Part shown: positions 42,790 through 43,137 of the stretch, piece after piece | Numbering within the stretch: the stretch's first letter is position 1 | How the letters are laid out: each line of letters begins with the position of its first letter | Notes under the pieces: model-generated | Databases searched by the model: none | Told to the model about the DNA's origin: nothing | The model's input: the letters and a program-made list of their open reading frames with translations, nothing else | Made by a program: the position numbers and the translations under genes | Assembly (NCBI GenBank): GCA_001724245.1 | Contig: MEDX01000025.1 | Location: forward strand, 1-43,137 | Direction of reading: 5' to 3' | DNA length: 43,137 bases | Origin: Fonticula-like sp. SCN 57-25 | Lineage: Eukaryota

Positions 42790-43137
42790 GAAAGTGTATA
42801 TTATTTTCATGGCATCTGCCAAGAGCATGAAAAGTGGCCTATGCGGCCACAATGGCTTACCTGTATGGGCAGATACGCACCATACTGTAGCACCCTCTGC
42901 TTGTTCATGACATAATCTCATGATAATGAGCCCTTCCGCAGGTCGGCAATGTGCTCCAACCTCGTCCCGCTGACATGCACCACCAGCTTCATCGTGTAAT
43001 AGGTCGACCCTGGCTGTGCCGACCTGTTGAATGCAGGGAAAATGCGCTCCTGCATAAAGTCTGTGCTGATGACGGCTGTGAACTTTGCCTTCAGCATGTC
43101 CGCTCTCGGCCCGTCCTCACGTTCAGCTTGCAGGATC
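42790..43137 (-). mobile_element. Probable degenerate DNA-transposon transposase fragment, truncated by the window edge
   Basis: The minus-strand frame 43136-42918 reads '...VISTDFMQERIFPAFNRSAQPGSTYYTMKLVVHVSG...'. This resembles, from memory, the D-x-Q...P...QPGxxYY..KL..hxfG motif of Sola/DUF7869-type transposases. The frame hits TGA at 42918-42920, and GC is lower than in host CDSs. Confidence 0.4.

Overview
This is a gene-dense, GC-rich eukaryotic nuclear window, not a prokaryotic one. It holds about 23 protein-coding genes with short (mostly 45-60 nt) GT-AG introns (donor GTRCGY, branch CTRAY), intergenic gaps often under 250 bp, many head-to-head pairs, and two identical tandem tRNA-Leu(CAG) genes. 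The genes are NIPBL/Scc2 (5'-partial), a qRRM protein, a 2OG-Fe(II) oxygenase, RPL35, SEC14-GOLD, RRP6, paxillin, BCAT, SMG9-like, NMD3, CWF19L2, SWR1/SRCAP, FIG4, THOC5, a PlsC-type acyltransferase, TMX-like thioredoxin, CoA-transferase III, a stand-alone SET protein, GatC-like, KAT14, a GIDE protein, a DUF4870-like protein and Exo70. A probable transposase remnant lies at the right edge. The gene set suggests a unicellular opisthokont, possibly nucleariid-like (inference only). I see no operon-like novel system. The best leads are: (1) a recurrent promoter motif CAGTTTGC(A/G), often in 12-bp-spaced arrays; (2) a 25-bp tandem duplication that frameshifts NIPBL; (3) an SMG9-like protein with an erased P-loop; (4) a structured long RPL35 intron; (5) an acyltransferase with a repeat-bearing C-terminal tail; (6) a cluster of E2F-type sites ahead of the qRRM gene; (7) a shared 3' TGTACA element. 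All family calls come from recalled motifs, not database searches.
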